64,000 nt of DNA, taken from the NCBI GenBank assembly GCA_043228905.1, contig JBHGNT010000003.1, forward strand, positions 6,262,001-6,326,000, given 5' to 3'. Position numbers and translations under genes: made by a program. Position 1 is the stretch's first letter. The number at the start of each line of letters is the position of its first letter. The stretch is from Azolla caroliniana (Eukaryota > Plantae > Polypodiophyta). The notes under the pieces were generated by a model. That model was not told the DNA's origin. It did not search any database and saw only the letters and a list, made by a program, of their open reading frames with translations. Shown piece by piece: positions 42,276-55,560 of this stretch.

Positions 42276-45200
42276 TCACTTCATATATTCCTTAACATTG
42301 TATGATACATGGTTCAAGAATGTAACAAAGCCCAGACCGTTGCCGATCCCTGTACCATCGACATCCTGCTCTTCAATAAGAAATTTATCAAATTGCTCTG
42401 TTCTATCATGGCCTTCTCTAAGCATAAGGAGCTTTGGTGTAATGCTTCTTTCTTGTTTCAACTTGTTGATGGTTGAGCGTAGCATACCTGATATACAAAA
42501 CCCCATCTCTCTCTAAAATTAATAAAATACTGATGAATAAATAAAATGTTATGTATATGCAAGAATAAAAATCTTAAGTAAACAAACAATTACAGGTGTG
42601 TGGCAGTGGGAAAGGGAGCACATCATTTGCTGCAGCAGTATAATACACTATTAGAATGGTGAAAGCATCTAAGAAGAAGATTGGGCTGCTGCTTGTTGTG
42701 AGGGCTGCCCGACTCAATGAATGTCGAGGATATGCCTGTTTGTCTGGAGAACTGTATGAAGAAAGCACCGGATAGATCGCACGGAGTAGAGAACTAGGCT
42801 CAAGTGCACTGTAGCACAACAAGAACACAATTATAGTTGGAAAGATGACATTTTTTAGCATAAAGGTAGAAAATAACTTCTTAATTGACAAGACTTGGAA
42901 ATTGAATGTCTTTTATGATTCATGTGTATCATAATGTGAATACATAGTTGGAAGTTAAAATATTTTAAAGCAATGTATACAAATTTTTTGTAATGTAGAT
43001 AAAAGCCTTTCATCAAGCTAATATATATATGAGTGTAGTCTTCCATCTAATAAATATGTTTAGCAATTTAATACGACCTGTGAACACTGCAGAGAACGGT
43101 GAGCTTCATACCTGAAAAGGCACTGCAAGTATATTCGGTAGTCAGGATGTACCCCTTCCTCGTGGCATTGTAGAAGGGGATTCCTTAGTAATGCAAACAC
43201 AAGCCGTGGTAATATTTGTAGCTTCGAACTCTGAGCGAATGATGTATCTAATCTGCTCAATGTACTTGGCTGACCAAATTGTGCCAACTTATAGAAGTCA
43301 TTGTACTGAGCTGTCAGTATGACAAGCCAATCGTGCAGCAATAGCCTTGCTTCTTTTATACCTTCTTCTAAAGATGCATGTATTATCTGAAACAAAGTCA
43401 TATATTTTAGAAATCAAATTATATATGTACATATTCATGAATGTGAGATCTGTTAGCGAATTTTCCATGAATCTAGGATATCATTTGGGCGCTAAAAATC
43501 TCAAGTATTGATATTCTGCTACCAAACATAATGCCATCCAACCTAAACCTAGCTTCTGATCATTCTCTGTTACCGGAAAGAGATGTCTGTATTCAATCGC
43601 CATCAATTTAACGCATATAATGGTCCTTTCATAAAAGAAGGACATCACTCCTCAATTACTATAAATCTCAAGTATTCATGTTCTGCTACCAAATAGCCTG
43701 CCATCATACCTACAACTAGCTTCTGATCATTCTCTATCACCAGAAAGAAATCTCCACATTCAATCGCCCATATAATGGTTCCTTTCACCATTGGAAGGCC
43801 ATCACTCCTTGGCTTTTCATTTCTGACTATGCATTTCATTGGTTCATCATAGCATTCATGCATTCAGTCGGATCTTTTAACTTGTGCTGCAATCATATCC
43901 TATTATGTGCTTCATGATATCCAACTATGAGTTTGACAATACAATAGAGACTCCAAATATTGGCCATATACACACACATTTACAGATATTCTGAAAAATT
44001 TAGCAAGATTAGATAACTGTATAAGCATTTAGAGAAAGACATTCAGATAGGTACATCTGTGTGAAAGAACATAAACTCTAACCATAATGGGTGTAAGTAT
44101 CACCATAGTGCACAAATACAAGATTATGAAATGCATGATAAGAAGTTATATCTCACCTTGTGAGTCAATATAGAAAGAACCACTTCTGAATCTGTGTTTT
44201 CATATAGTTCACCAACATTCCGTGCTACTTCTAATTGTACAGTTCTTAATCTTAACCTCCTTTTTAGGGTGAAAGCTTTCCTGTTCTCTCCAGCCACACA
44301 TATGTCATCTTTCATTGTATCCAAGATAGATAGGTGCAAAAGAACAAGATATTGTATTTCTTAAGATTCCAGAAACCACCTCACCTTTCTGCCTGAGGAT
44401 CAGTTTGTCCATTACCATCAGCAGGAACCATGATCGTGTATTGGAATGCAATTTGTATCGTTGGAAGCCCTTCCTTTGTTCTGCACAATAGTTTCATATA
44501 TCTCTATTGTGCCCCATCCCACAGACCAATGCATACACAAAAACACACATAGATATATGCAATGTAGAAAACTCTTTAAGTTTCTGTTTGTATTATCTCA
44601 TACAGATCTGAATGCTAAATTTACAGCTTAAGTCTTTTTCTTTTGCTACGATACCACACTTTATTGACTTGCTTCAAGCCAACTACATGAGGTTACAACT
44701 ATATCCCTAGTCACCTCAATCTTGTTTCTTTTTCACCTGATGCATGTATGCACTATTTGGAATAGGTCAAAGGAAACAAACAAGAAAATGAATGACAGGT
44801 GAAATCTACTTAACCTGTCAAATCCTGAGATACTTGAAAATTCGAAATCATAAGCATATGTTGCATGTGAATCACAGCATATAATGTGTTGCACATTTTC
44901 GTATTGTGGATCTGGAAAGAAATGTCCATACTGTATCCAAACTAGTGAAACAGGGGACATTGTATTCATCATGGAAAAACACTGAGATTAGCGTGCACAT
45001 GACACTTACAGCCCGAGATGGTTTAAACTCTGCAGAAGTTCTCAACTTGAAGATGCAACCAAATGCATAGGGTCGACTAAGCATGCGATACCTACAGAAT
45101 TCATGAATTAGATCAGCAGTAGCTTCAGAATAACAGCATTAAAAAAGCCAACATATTTTACTAATTCGGAAACAAAACGTGACATTGAAGCATGCAATGC

Positions 45201-48200
45201 ATGTGGCTATTGGATAACTTTTCATCTGTGAATATTTTGTGATTAATGTTGCTCAATATCAAAACTAAACTGCACCCACCCTCAAATATGATATTATCTT
45301 TCAATGATGTTATTTCACGTGATAGCAAATAACGGAATTGCAGAAATTCCCATTACAAGTGGAAATAAATTTCCAACAGAAAGCCTGTAGAGATATTCTG
45401 AATAATTACACGCTCCACAGCATGATCTTTCAGGTCACTGAGAAAGAAGTTGGTTCTTCATGACTTCAGGTTTTATCAATAAAGTAAAGTCTTTATTCCA
45501 TGAGGAAAATACAATCTCAAGAAAAATAAATTGTCTCGCAGGAATAAATAAATAGCTTCAGTTTATGATAACTTATGCCTTTAAAAAAGAGGGGCTTTGA
45601 AACTTATGCAGTTGCAACTCAACTGTATTATTCAATGCTACACTGTTCTAATGCTTGTAATTTCATGTAGATTCTTCCATTTGGACACAGCACAAGAAAT
45701 CTGAATATACTGATTCATAATACTACGCATATTGCAGAAGATTAATGATCCATTGACTATCTCAATTGTTTCTAAATCCATCCTCTTTTGCTTTTGTTTT
45801 TTGTCTCGGTTGTTTTGTGAGAGCCCTTACTTGTAGTTTGGAATCACTTTCGCAGAGTTTATACAGTGATGATGTATTGGTTTCATGTTCACACTTGGCG
45901 CTAGAAGCTTAATATCTATATCAAAACAATAGGACACTATATCCAGAGATGCAAAAAATAAAAAGAGAAAGGTGTTGAGGTCAACCACAAGAGTGGATAC
46001 TTGATGAAGGACTGACGTACAAAAAAATTCGAAATTGGATTGCCAAATGTCCCATAGACTGTTCTGGGGGTGATGACCAAGGTCTTTTAGAATTAACAAG
46101 AGCAGGATTAGAGGCACATCATGTCCATTCTACTGCTGTAACAATCAGAGAAGCAATTAATAAGCTCCTTCAGAGCATATGAAATGGCTGGTCAAAGAAA
46201 ATGAGACCTCTATAAGAAATGATTTCTGATTAGCATAAGAAAGTGTAAATTTCCATAATGCCATTCCATATACCAGGATTTCACAATGTTCCCAAACTCT
46301 TCTTAGTAGGATTGCAACCACATTTTGTGATGCTGCCACAATTTCTGGTGATCCTGCTAAAGGCTGTTTTCCAATATATGCAAATGTGTAAACAGGCAGC
46401 AAGGTAGAATGTTTGACTGATACCTTTCAGGTGTCAAGGTAATCAGTTTTGAACAGTTGAGTCCTAACCAGCACGTGACTGTTCGAAATAAGTTTGGCTA
46501 AATAATCCATCACGCTGACACTTTTGCATAAAATGTTGGTTGGCTCAGTTCTCACTTTTTTTGTTTTCATGGTGGCATGGGAAGTTTCAGGAATCTTATG
46601 ACCCATAGATTCCAAATGTACACAATTCTGCTTTCTACCATTTTAAAGCCCTACATATCATACAATGCAGGAATTTAAGCACAATTAAATGTGACACACA
46701 CGGCAACATCCAATAACCAAGTTACATCATAGAGGTAATTTCATACTTCACAACAAAATGTGAGATGGGAACAAGTTTTAAGTTTGACGCAGAAACAAAA
46801 GAAGGCTTACAAATCTTGAGGCAGTGTTGAATCATCTACACTGGAATACAGGAACAAAAAGCCTCCACTATTAATGCTTAAGTACTTCAGTGAAGCCAAG
46901 TCTGTATATTCATTTGTGATCGCAAAAATGTCAACACAAACTCCTGATTGAACAGCCTCTCCAGCCTGAGAGCCAGTCAAATGAATGAAAATGGTAAATG
47001 GTGTGAGAAAAACTGGTATAATTAGAGGATTTACACTCACAAGAAGCTTGTAGAAAGGAGTTTGTTCAGGAAGCAATGCTTTATCAGCATCTTCCCCCTT
47101 GCTTGCATATTGCTCACCATACCTCCTAGTGTCAAGTTGTCCAGCTCCATAATCCGGTGCACCGGACAGGAATGCAAAAACACGTGCTGCAAAGCAGCAA
47201 AACAGATCATTAGAACATGTATGAACTTATGGCAAAGGGGCAATGTAAGATGCTCTAAGGCAATAGTTTAAAGATCTTTGATCTCCTTGTTACATTCACA
47301 TGATTCTCATAATTAAACAGTTCTCTGAAATCACTATTTTAGGAAATACAGCCGTTTACCCATCGCAAAAGTGACACCATGCTCAGCCCCCAGATAATTT
47401 GACAATGCATCCATGGCAACACCAAAGCCTCTTCCACCCATGGTGACCCCTTCAATGCCTTGACCTGCAGCAGTTGTCCTCTCCCATGAACTGGTGGGTT
47501 TCAATGTTTCCAAGGCGGCTGCAATATTTTCTTTATTTTTGTCTACCTGCAATGTTCCATTGACTTCTCATTCGGTGTAGATCTTAATCAACACAAACCT
47601 AAACCATGTGTCGTATAACAATGAAGAAAAAACTAGTGTATTCAACATACAGGTGCCAAGAAGGAGCTCAGAGGCATAGCATCCTCCAGATCAACAGGGA
47701 TATGTCCATCCAACTCTGGGGGTATTATAACATTTTTCACAACAGGAACAGGGCCTTGTACATCATATAGTCCAATCTTATGGCTGAAAGTTGCCAGTCC
47801 AAAAAGAACCCCAGGCTCTAATGCTGCAAGCAAAGTTCCATAAAGGTCAAAAGGCATGTTCAAGTATGATGATTCAGTCAAAGACATCAAACAAGGAAAT
47901 CTCTTATGACGTTACTCGACATTACAATCACCCATATTTTTATGCAATGAGAGCATGACTTTCATGTTTAATGGTTTACAATTTCCAATCTATTATAAAA
48001 TTAAGCTATATCTTTACCTTTAACAGAATCCTAGGCTCACAAATTTGAGCTAGAAAGAAAGAAGGAAAGCTATATTAGCATCTTTTAGGAGGCCAAAATG
48101 GCCTACATTAAAGATAGATTAACATTTACTAGCAGCCCAAATTGTCCTATGAAACATATGGGTGAATTCACGTCATCCATAAACAGAAATTAAAGCTCTA

Positions 48201-51200
48201 GGTTTCCTAAAGCTCCATGATCTTAATCTAATGCATGTTGTGGAATGACTTATTGAGAGGGTTTATAACCATGAACTGCATAACTAATATGTATGAGCGC
48301 AGTGGTGAGTAGACTTCATATCCGAGGTTGGTGGATCAGTGAAATGAGGCTATGACGAAGTTTTCACAAGTGCATCTGGGTGTACTCATGCAGATCGGAC
48401 ACAGCATGCAATGACTTCTATGATATGGTGATGGTATGGACCATGTGTCTTAATATACAGGTACATGCAGTTCACATTGTCAGCGGCATTCATTTGCTTG
48501 CGCTATGGTGCCTCCTCAGCATGTTGTTAGTGAAGGTAAGCAGCTATGGAAGAAATCAATTATGTACTTGTCGTTGCATCTTGCATGCTAATATTAGGGT
48601 TCATTGCCTCTGCTTTTGAAGCTCGAGCAAAATTTTGCCAAACTGCCTTGGGTCAGTCTTCCCCATCATTTGTCAAATTGTAGTGGAATTTGTAGAAGGT
48701 GGCGTACTTCTCTTTGGTGGGGTTGAAAGATGGGCACCTACACATAACATGTTTCTCTCTTTCAATCTCTTCTTCAAATAATTTGCAAAATCTTCCAGTT
48801 CTAGGTATGTGAAATATTGATTCTACCTTCAATCTCTTGTTGGTGAGAAGAAATTTTGAGCCAGTCTATTACTTTTTTAGCACTATGAGGCATGCAAACA
48901 TCCATATACCTCAGTCTCCGTATGAATCTTTCATGAAATGACTGTGGTAGGCTATATTTTGCAGAGGTGGATCCCTAAGTCTTTTCGTTATACTTGTGTT
49001 AGACCATATTTGTTGCTGCAATAACCTTGTTCTTTTCATCATTTTGGTGACGTGTAAAATATTGAAACGATGGTTAGTTCTCAATTTCGAGAACATTGTT
49101 ACTGAATCACTTCGTCACCTATGAGTATCGTCATCCTTCCGCCTGTTCTATTATCACTATTTTCAGGGGTGCTTCAAAAGTCTTATGCTAATTCTTTAAG
49201 GTGGCAATGGTTCCAATGTAGTTGATGTGATTCACTAAGAAGAAACAAAGAAAGAAGCATCAGCATCCTATTTGTGTAGTCATTGATTGAGCTTGTAGCA
49301 TGAGAAGCTATCGAGTTAAAGGAAGTCATGATTTTCTTTGTCAATGAGATCTTGTGATTGTATTGTTGTCCTTCAACCACTCCTCTATGTCTCTTGAGTT
49401 CTAGCAAAAAGAGTCCCATGCATTGCTGCTCTTCGTATTCCATAACCTTGCATAGCCTTGTTTGAGAGGCAGTTATTTCATAAAAAACACCACAATGGAA
49501 GACAAGGAATTTTTCTGATTTAATCCCCAATGGTCCAGTTGGCAGATACATTCTTCCATATGTTTGAGCATATCTGCCTATCTCAATCTCTGATCAATGT
49601 GAAAAGATCCTAAGCTGCCATATCACACTATAGAGCGGATGAAATAGATGTGTCCATATATGGGGGCCTGATGAGAAATTCACCCTGTGATGGGTGGAAA
49701 AAGGGGGCCTTATAGTGAGCCGTCTTCCTACTAAGAATCACCCCCCGCGGATACATTATTCTTGAGTGCATTCTGCCTATCTCAATCTATGATATTGTGA
49801 AGAGATCCTAAGCTGCCCTATCAAAGCTATGAAGGGGATCAGATAGATGTGTATTCATATAAAAGGTCCAGATGATAAATGCAACTTGCAATGGGTGGAA
49901 AAAAAAGGGATTTCTAGTAGACCATCTTCTTACTAGTAACCACTTTCTGTCCTAATCCAATTTAACAATATCAGTTCAGATCATTCCACTATTTTCCATC
50001 TCGGTCATGTCCAAATAGGACAATCGAAACTATATTGGAATGGGGATAATACATCTATATTTATGCCATGTGATTCGAACCATTTACACATTTCAGCACA
50101 GGAACAATGATTATCTCCATGTACTACCAGATTTTTGTTTTTGACAGCTCCTAAATCTGTTGGATACAGGTCATTTATTGGAACAAAGTCTCATTCACTA
50201 TTGGTGTTGCTCCCATCTCAGCCAGATTATATCATGGGGAACCAATACCAATGGTCTCTCAAAATCAACCAGTTATGTGCTACTGATTGGTCCCATCTCA
50301 TGAGAACGATCATCGAGACTAAAGATCTCTGAAAATCAATCCAGTTATGTGTCCCACGAAGGCTCTGTCTCCACAGCTTAATTTGTAGTTCTTTGAACTG
50401 AGAGGAAGTGACCTACAGTTTGTTTTTGGTACCACCTGTGTGTAATGGTGAACTTGGAGAAGCCACTTCTCCTAGCACATCCCTATTCAACTAAGATTTG
50501 TTCCCTATTTATTTAAAGCTTGATTCTACTGTTTGGTAGCCCAACAGCTACACTTACCACATCCCCCTTTCTATAAATTGGCTATTCTAGCCTGCTTTCT
50601 AAACCACTTACTTTGTAACTAAAGAATAAGCATAGGTCGATTGGCTACGTGTTTCTATTTTTCTTCTAACTCTATTCTGCTACAGCTGTGTAACAGCTTT
50701 TCTCACACCAATGGCCTCTAGCAAAAAAGAAATATATATTAAACACCTTTAAAAGGCCAAACTGACCTATATGACCGAGCAAGAGATTACACCCTGAAAT
50801 GTGTCTCATCTTTGAGAACAACAAACCAAAGTACATATGACTAAACATAGGGTAATAAAGAATTTACGTTATTGAGACAACATGGGCCACTTCAATATGA
50901 GGAGGTCACCCTGAAAACCACGTGTAGTAGAACAAGAAAACTTAAGAATATCACAGGTAGGTTTGTAGAACCTTGAAATAACATGTAAACTTTGTTTCCC
51001 TTTTTCTAGCTTTACTATTTTACCCTTTGGTTTCTCCTCTGTCACACTTTTCTATTTCTCACCACCCACCCACACTTATCTTTCCCTCCCAGTAACAGCC
51101 ACGTCTGGTATTGCAACATACCATGACTGTGGATAACCTTGCTGCTTTTCAAGCAAAGATGACTGGGTTGAGTTAGTTGTCCGTTAGCAATGTACTAGAG

Positions 51201-54200
51201 TTTATCACGGAATGTGTTATTGGTTTCAATCCATTTATCCAACATTCTCTGAAGAGGCATTTCTTTTGTCACAATAGATTATAAGTGAGATAGCAGAGTT
51301 CACATGTGCATCAAAAAGAGCAGCTTGCTCCAAGCATATTTGTTTAAAAAGAGTATCACAACTTCAAGCTACATCAAGATGAGACCAACCATGATTTGTA
51401 ATTTGAGTACCATATTACTCCACATCGCATCCTTTTGAATTTCATATATTATCAACTGATACACAAACATTTATCTACGTAGTATCTGTACCTGTGAATC
51501 ACAAACATTTAAGTATCTGTTTATCATAGTAGTGAATGGTAATTGTAAGTTGATATGCAGGAATAAATCGTAATTCTATCATTTGCAGCTTACCCTAAAT
51601 GCTGCAAACAGCTCAAGATTCATAAAAATTAATTTATCTATGATACTCTGCCTGGTGGTGCTGTTTCAGTTCCTTCCTGTTCTAATAGTGAAGGATTAAT
51701 AAGAAAACGACATCCAGTACTCATCATTGAAAAAAGGTCAAAATAATTTGTTATTCAAGTTTAATTGAATTCCCAATATAATTGAATTGCTTCATCACAG
51801 TTTATTATAAATCAAAATACCCTCACTTCTAAGCTGAATTGCATTACGATTATTTTACCTAATTTTGATTTGGTTCAATATATCACCAAAAAAAAATGTT
51901 TGATAGCCTCATTTTAATTTGAAAGTCCTAAAAACATGAGAAAATACATATTTATATTGATAGCAATACAGCACACGTTTGTAATAATCATCCACAATGC
52001 AAGAGGAGAGTAGTCACCTTCTAATGCTGCTAAGAGTGCACTTCTTACAAGCTCCAAAAATTCTTCCGAAGCTGCAAGACATAATCAGGTAACTGATTAA
52101 TTTTTGAAGTTAAATTATAACCAGGCATGTTTTCTGCATCTAGTTTATTATTCTACATGCAATGATAACCTACAACCACAACATATCTAAATGCATCGAG
52201 TGGAAGAATTTCACTGTGATTGGAAGTCAAACTATTTTGCAGCTCCTATATTATGAAACAATTCCTAGGGAAACAATATGAATCTTACTTTAACATCTCA
52301 TCCATTAGAGAGCTCCTAAATTCATTTCCAATTGCAGAGCAGATTCCTCTTACAAGATCACAAATCAAACTTAACAAAATATGAATGCATGCAAAAACAT
52401 TCCAATTCCATAGAAGCAAGGTCATTCTAATGACCATTGAGTTGTTCGGAAATCCATGCATGGTCTTCAGTAGAATTTCTTTAAATTACATTAAAAGTAT
52501 GCAGCATATGGTATATCCATGTGATTTTATTTTTAAATGAAGAAAAATAGACTGGATCCAAATAAGAAATTATGACTGCGACAAATTCAGCATGTGAACT
52601 AAACAGCATTTTGGATTTCAGGTGTGAATTTCTTTCAAGGAAAGATGTGATATTGTAAAAGACAAAATTGTCATCTTTTAGGGGAATGAAGATCATGTAA
52701 TTAGTATTGGGAATTTCTTAATCATTATTCAAAACAGTATCACACTTTGAACCTTGCCAGGAAAGATCTACAGGGATGTCATTCTTTGGCCAGATATTCC
52801 AGCCTTCACAAAATTCCGTAAGGAAGGGTTCTCATCTTTCTCTCTACTACTGGATCTTCCTCACACACAACTGACGAAAGAGACCCTTTGGGGGGCATTC
52901 GGTTATCTTTGCCTAATCTTCTTTTGCTCGACTTCATAGCCAATAATAAATCTGATAAACTAATGATCTTTTACCAGTTTCTAAGTTACAACCAACCAAT
53001 ATGCATACTAATTGACTACGAACAGAATCTCCATTTATCTGCTTTTCGTTTAATTACAAAGTTGTTTCAGTTCATTGAGATTCTAGGCCCATGATATAGC
53101 CTGCAGTTTATGGCATGCCTACCAAGGTTGGATACAGTTTCCCGAATCTCATGATCAGAAATTGCATCTCCCCAATACCTTTTACTTTTAAAAATGGCCT
53201 TCCCTCTCAATGTCCAGAAACCCACACCAATGCATTATTTTTCAATATTGGATTCCCTCTCAATGTCCAGAACCTACATGACACAATAAAAAATCTTAAT
53301 GAGTATTCTGTAACCACCCACTGACGTGTGACTCCTAAACTCTGCACACATGGATACTCATTTCTCACATCATTAATGCCCTTAGATGTGAGATTGATCA
53401 GGTAACTATTTCCTCGCAACAGCCAGATAAAGAAAAGTTGGTGTGAAGATGTTCCCCAAGAGAGGATATATCAGTTCTCCCACACACAACTTGAGACCAA
53501 GGAGTACTAGCCTTGTCAGTCTCCAATATATTCTGAGAGTCAAGGGTACCAGAGTCAAATGAGATGATGGACATGTCCATAGACATGAACAAGGACAGAG
53601 ATGACGACAGGGGGGTGGGGATGGCATAAATATGTGCACACACATATATATGCTTATGGGGGATTGAACAAATTATTACCAGTGTATTCATTCTTTAACC
53701 CTACTGCACTGTCCCGAAATGGCATCCCTTGTGACAAACGGACAACGGGGTGCATGCTGTCATTTTTGCCGGTTTTCCATCCCAGAGTTCACATCACCTG
53801 TGGAGACGACATTTCATGTCCCAAGCATCTATCCCCCGTGATTCTAGTAGGAGCGGTTACACTTTACAGATAGTTTCAGTCCCCCATTCAAAAACAGACC
53901 ACCCTCTCAGTGCGGTTAACAGAGTTGCGCAAAATGGTGGTTCTTTTGAAGCAAAATAATATATAAGCACCAACTACCCTCTTCAGTACGATCAACAGAG
54001 AGAGTGATAGAGTTAATACAGTAGATGGATTAGTTGTGAGAGTTAACAACCTAATGTATTATAGGAAACTAAGAGTTCACAGGTTAGTTGTCACTATCAG
54101 ATCCTGAGTCGAATTTGTGTATGGTTGATTAGGAGCACATGAGATAGAGCTCCCTTTATCATAAACACGCTTCAGCTCTTTGCTAATATCCATTGTTTCT

Positions 54201-55022
54201 TTGTGCTGATCAACTGCTTGTACTAGCAATTACTTCCGCAGCTAACATTTGATCTCAGTGCTTGATTATGGAACCAAATGTTACGTTTTTAACTTATCAG
54301 ACTTTTCAAACGAGGATTAATCACTGAGAACTTATTTGCTGACATATCCCATCAATATTCTCGTGTATGGGCAGGTGGCGCCTCATCATCTGCTAGAAAA
54401 TTGTGACCAAACAGATCCACAACTATATAGAACGAATTTTCCCTTACCAGACTTATTTGGAGCTATATGGGAAGAATTTGCCCTTACCAGACAGATCGAC
54501 AGCTGCAACGAATACCGGTTTTCCTTTAAATTCATCTTTGCTCCCGGGATCATCATCTGCTCAGATATAAACATGTTGTGGAAAAAAAAACAAAGCCAAT
54601 CAAATGCTTGTGACAATAACTACTTGCATTGATAAAAGAAGAAGGAAAAACTAACCCAGAGGAAGCTCAATGTCAATAAATGAGGAAGAAAGCTCATGGC
54701 AAGGTTCTGGAGGAGAAGAAGAAGAAGGCGCAGAAAACCTTGCAGCATCGGCATCGGAGAGAGAATTGAGCGAATCGCAGAGCACACATCGCCATGCATG
54801 TCTGTCGATCTCGCAGGGAGAACAGAGATATGCCCAGCAATTCTCGCAGCGAGGAAGGGGAGGGGGGTGAGGATCCTCCTTGTTCCGAGCTATGATGACA
54901 GGGGGTATGCCTTTCTCGTCGTGAGAAGAGAAGGGGGTGATGATGGCGCCCCAGGGGATGCCACTCCCTTCTTGCATCTTCAGATCTGGAGGGAATTTGG
55001 CCAGTGTGACTCGAACCGCCAT
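42276..55022 (-). CDS. Sec23/Sec24-family COPII coat protein (resembles Arabidopsis 'SEC23D'-type), ~756 aa, 14 exons
   Basis: Exons 55022-54656, 54556-54488, 52071-52018, 47823-47651, 47546-47360, 47186-47041, 46965-46811, 45091-45010, 44930-44815, 44480-44385, 44280-44157, 43386-43112, 42808-42594, 42487-42276 (2271 nt, in phase). Zn finger RCENCWAY...WRCVLCDSLN, trunk PVFVAAVDLS.SEEFLELV.SALLAALEAL.PG.LFGLATF, VFAFLSGAPDYGAGQL, GVCVDIFA...YTDLASL, beta-barrel RRLRLRTVQ, gelsolin-like IFFLDAFTILIVYY. Confidence 0.95.
43498..43790. repeat. Intronic tandem duplication, 167-bp period
   Basis: atctcaagtatt...ttctgctaccaaa...ctagcttctgatcattctct...attcaatcgcc at 43498 and 43665. Confidence 0.85.
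49573..49945. repeat. Intronic tandem duplication, ~199-bp period
   Basis: tctgcctatctcaatct.tgat...gatcctaagctgcc.tatca...atagatgtgt...atgggtggaaaa at 49573 and 49772. Confidence 0.85.
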
Positions 55023-55211
55023 GGCTAGGGAGGTGGGGAAGAGCTTTGAACAGCCCTACTTGCGGAGAGAAACCAGATGCTTCACAATGCAATCATCCGT
55101 GTGTGCAGCACATGTACAGAGAATGAAGGAGGAGATACACAGAGAATGCAGTCGATTCTCCTGGCCCCTGCAGCCTGCAGCCTGCTCCTGCTCTGCAGCA
55201 GAGAGAGACAC

Positions 55212-55560
55212 TTTAGAGCCTTTTCACTAAATCGTTTGGTTTAAGTGGCTTGAGACTTCATAAACGGTTTGGTTCGTTTGTTTTATATAAATGGTTCGGT
55301 TCGGTCAGTTTGGTTTGGTTTCAAGGCAAAGAAGCCGAACCGAACCGAAACCCTGGCAGCCGATTCTTGTCCTGGGACTACCCCTTGCTCTACAGCCAGC
55401 GGAGACAATTTAGAGCCTTTTACTTAAATGGTTTGGTTTAAGTGGTTTAAGTGGTTTAAGCGGTTTAAGACTTCATAAACGGTTTGGTTTTTTTTTGTCT
55501 TCTATAAATGGTTCGGTTTAGTTTCAAGGCAAAAAAACCAAACAGAAACCAATCAAGCCT
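55212..55560. repeat. Two tandem copies (~197-bp period) of a GGTT/AACC-rich element upstream of the Sec23/24 gene
   Basis: tttagagcctttt...ggtttaagtgg...agacttcataaacggtttggtt...tataaatggttcggtt...tttcaaggcaaa at 55212 and 55409. Confidence 0.8.

Noticed and set aside
52480-53420. Trp-rich minus-strand fragments in Sec23/24 intron 2 resembling LINE ORF2
   Set aside because: Too degraded to support without a homology search.
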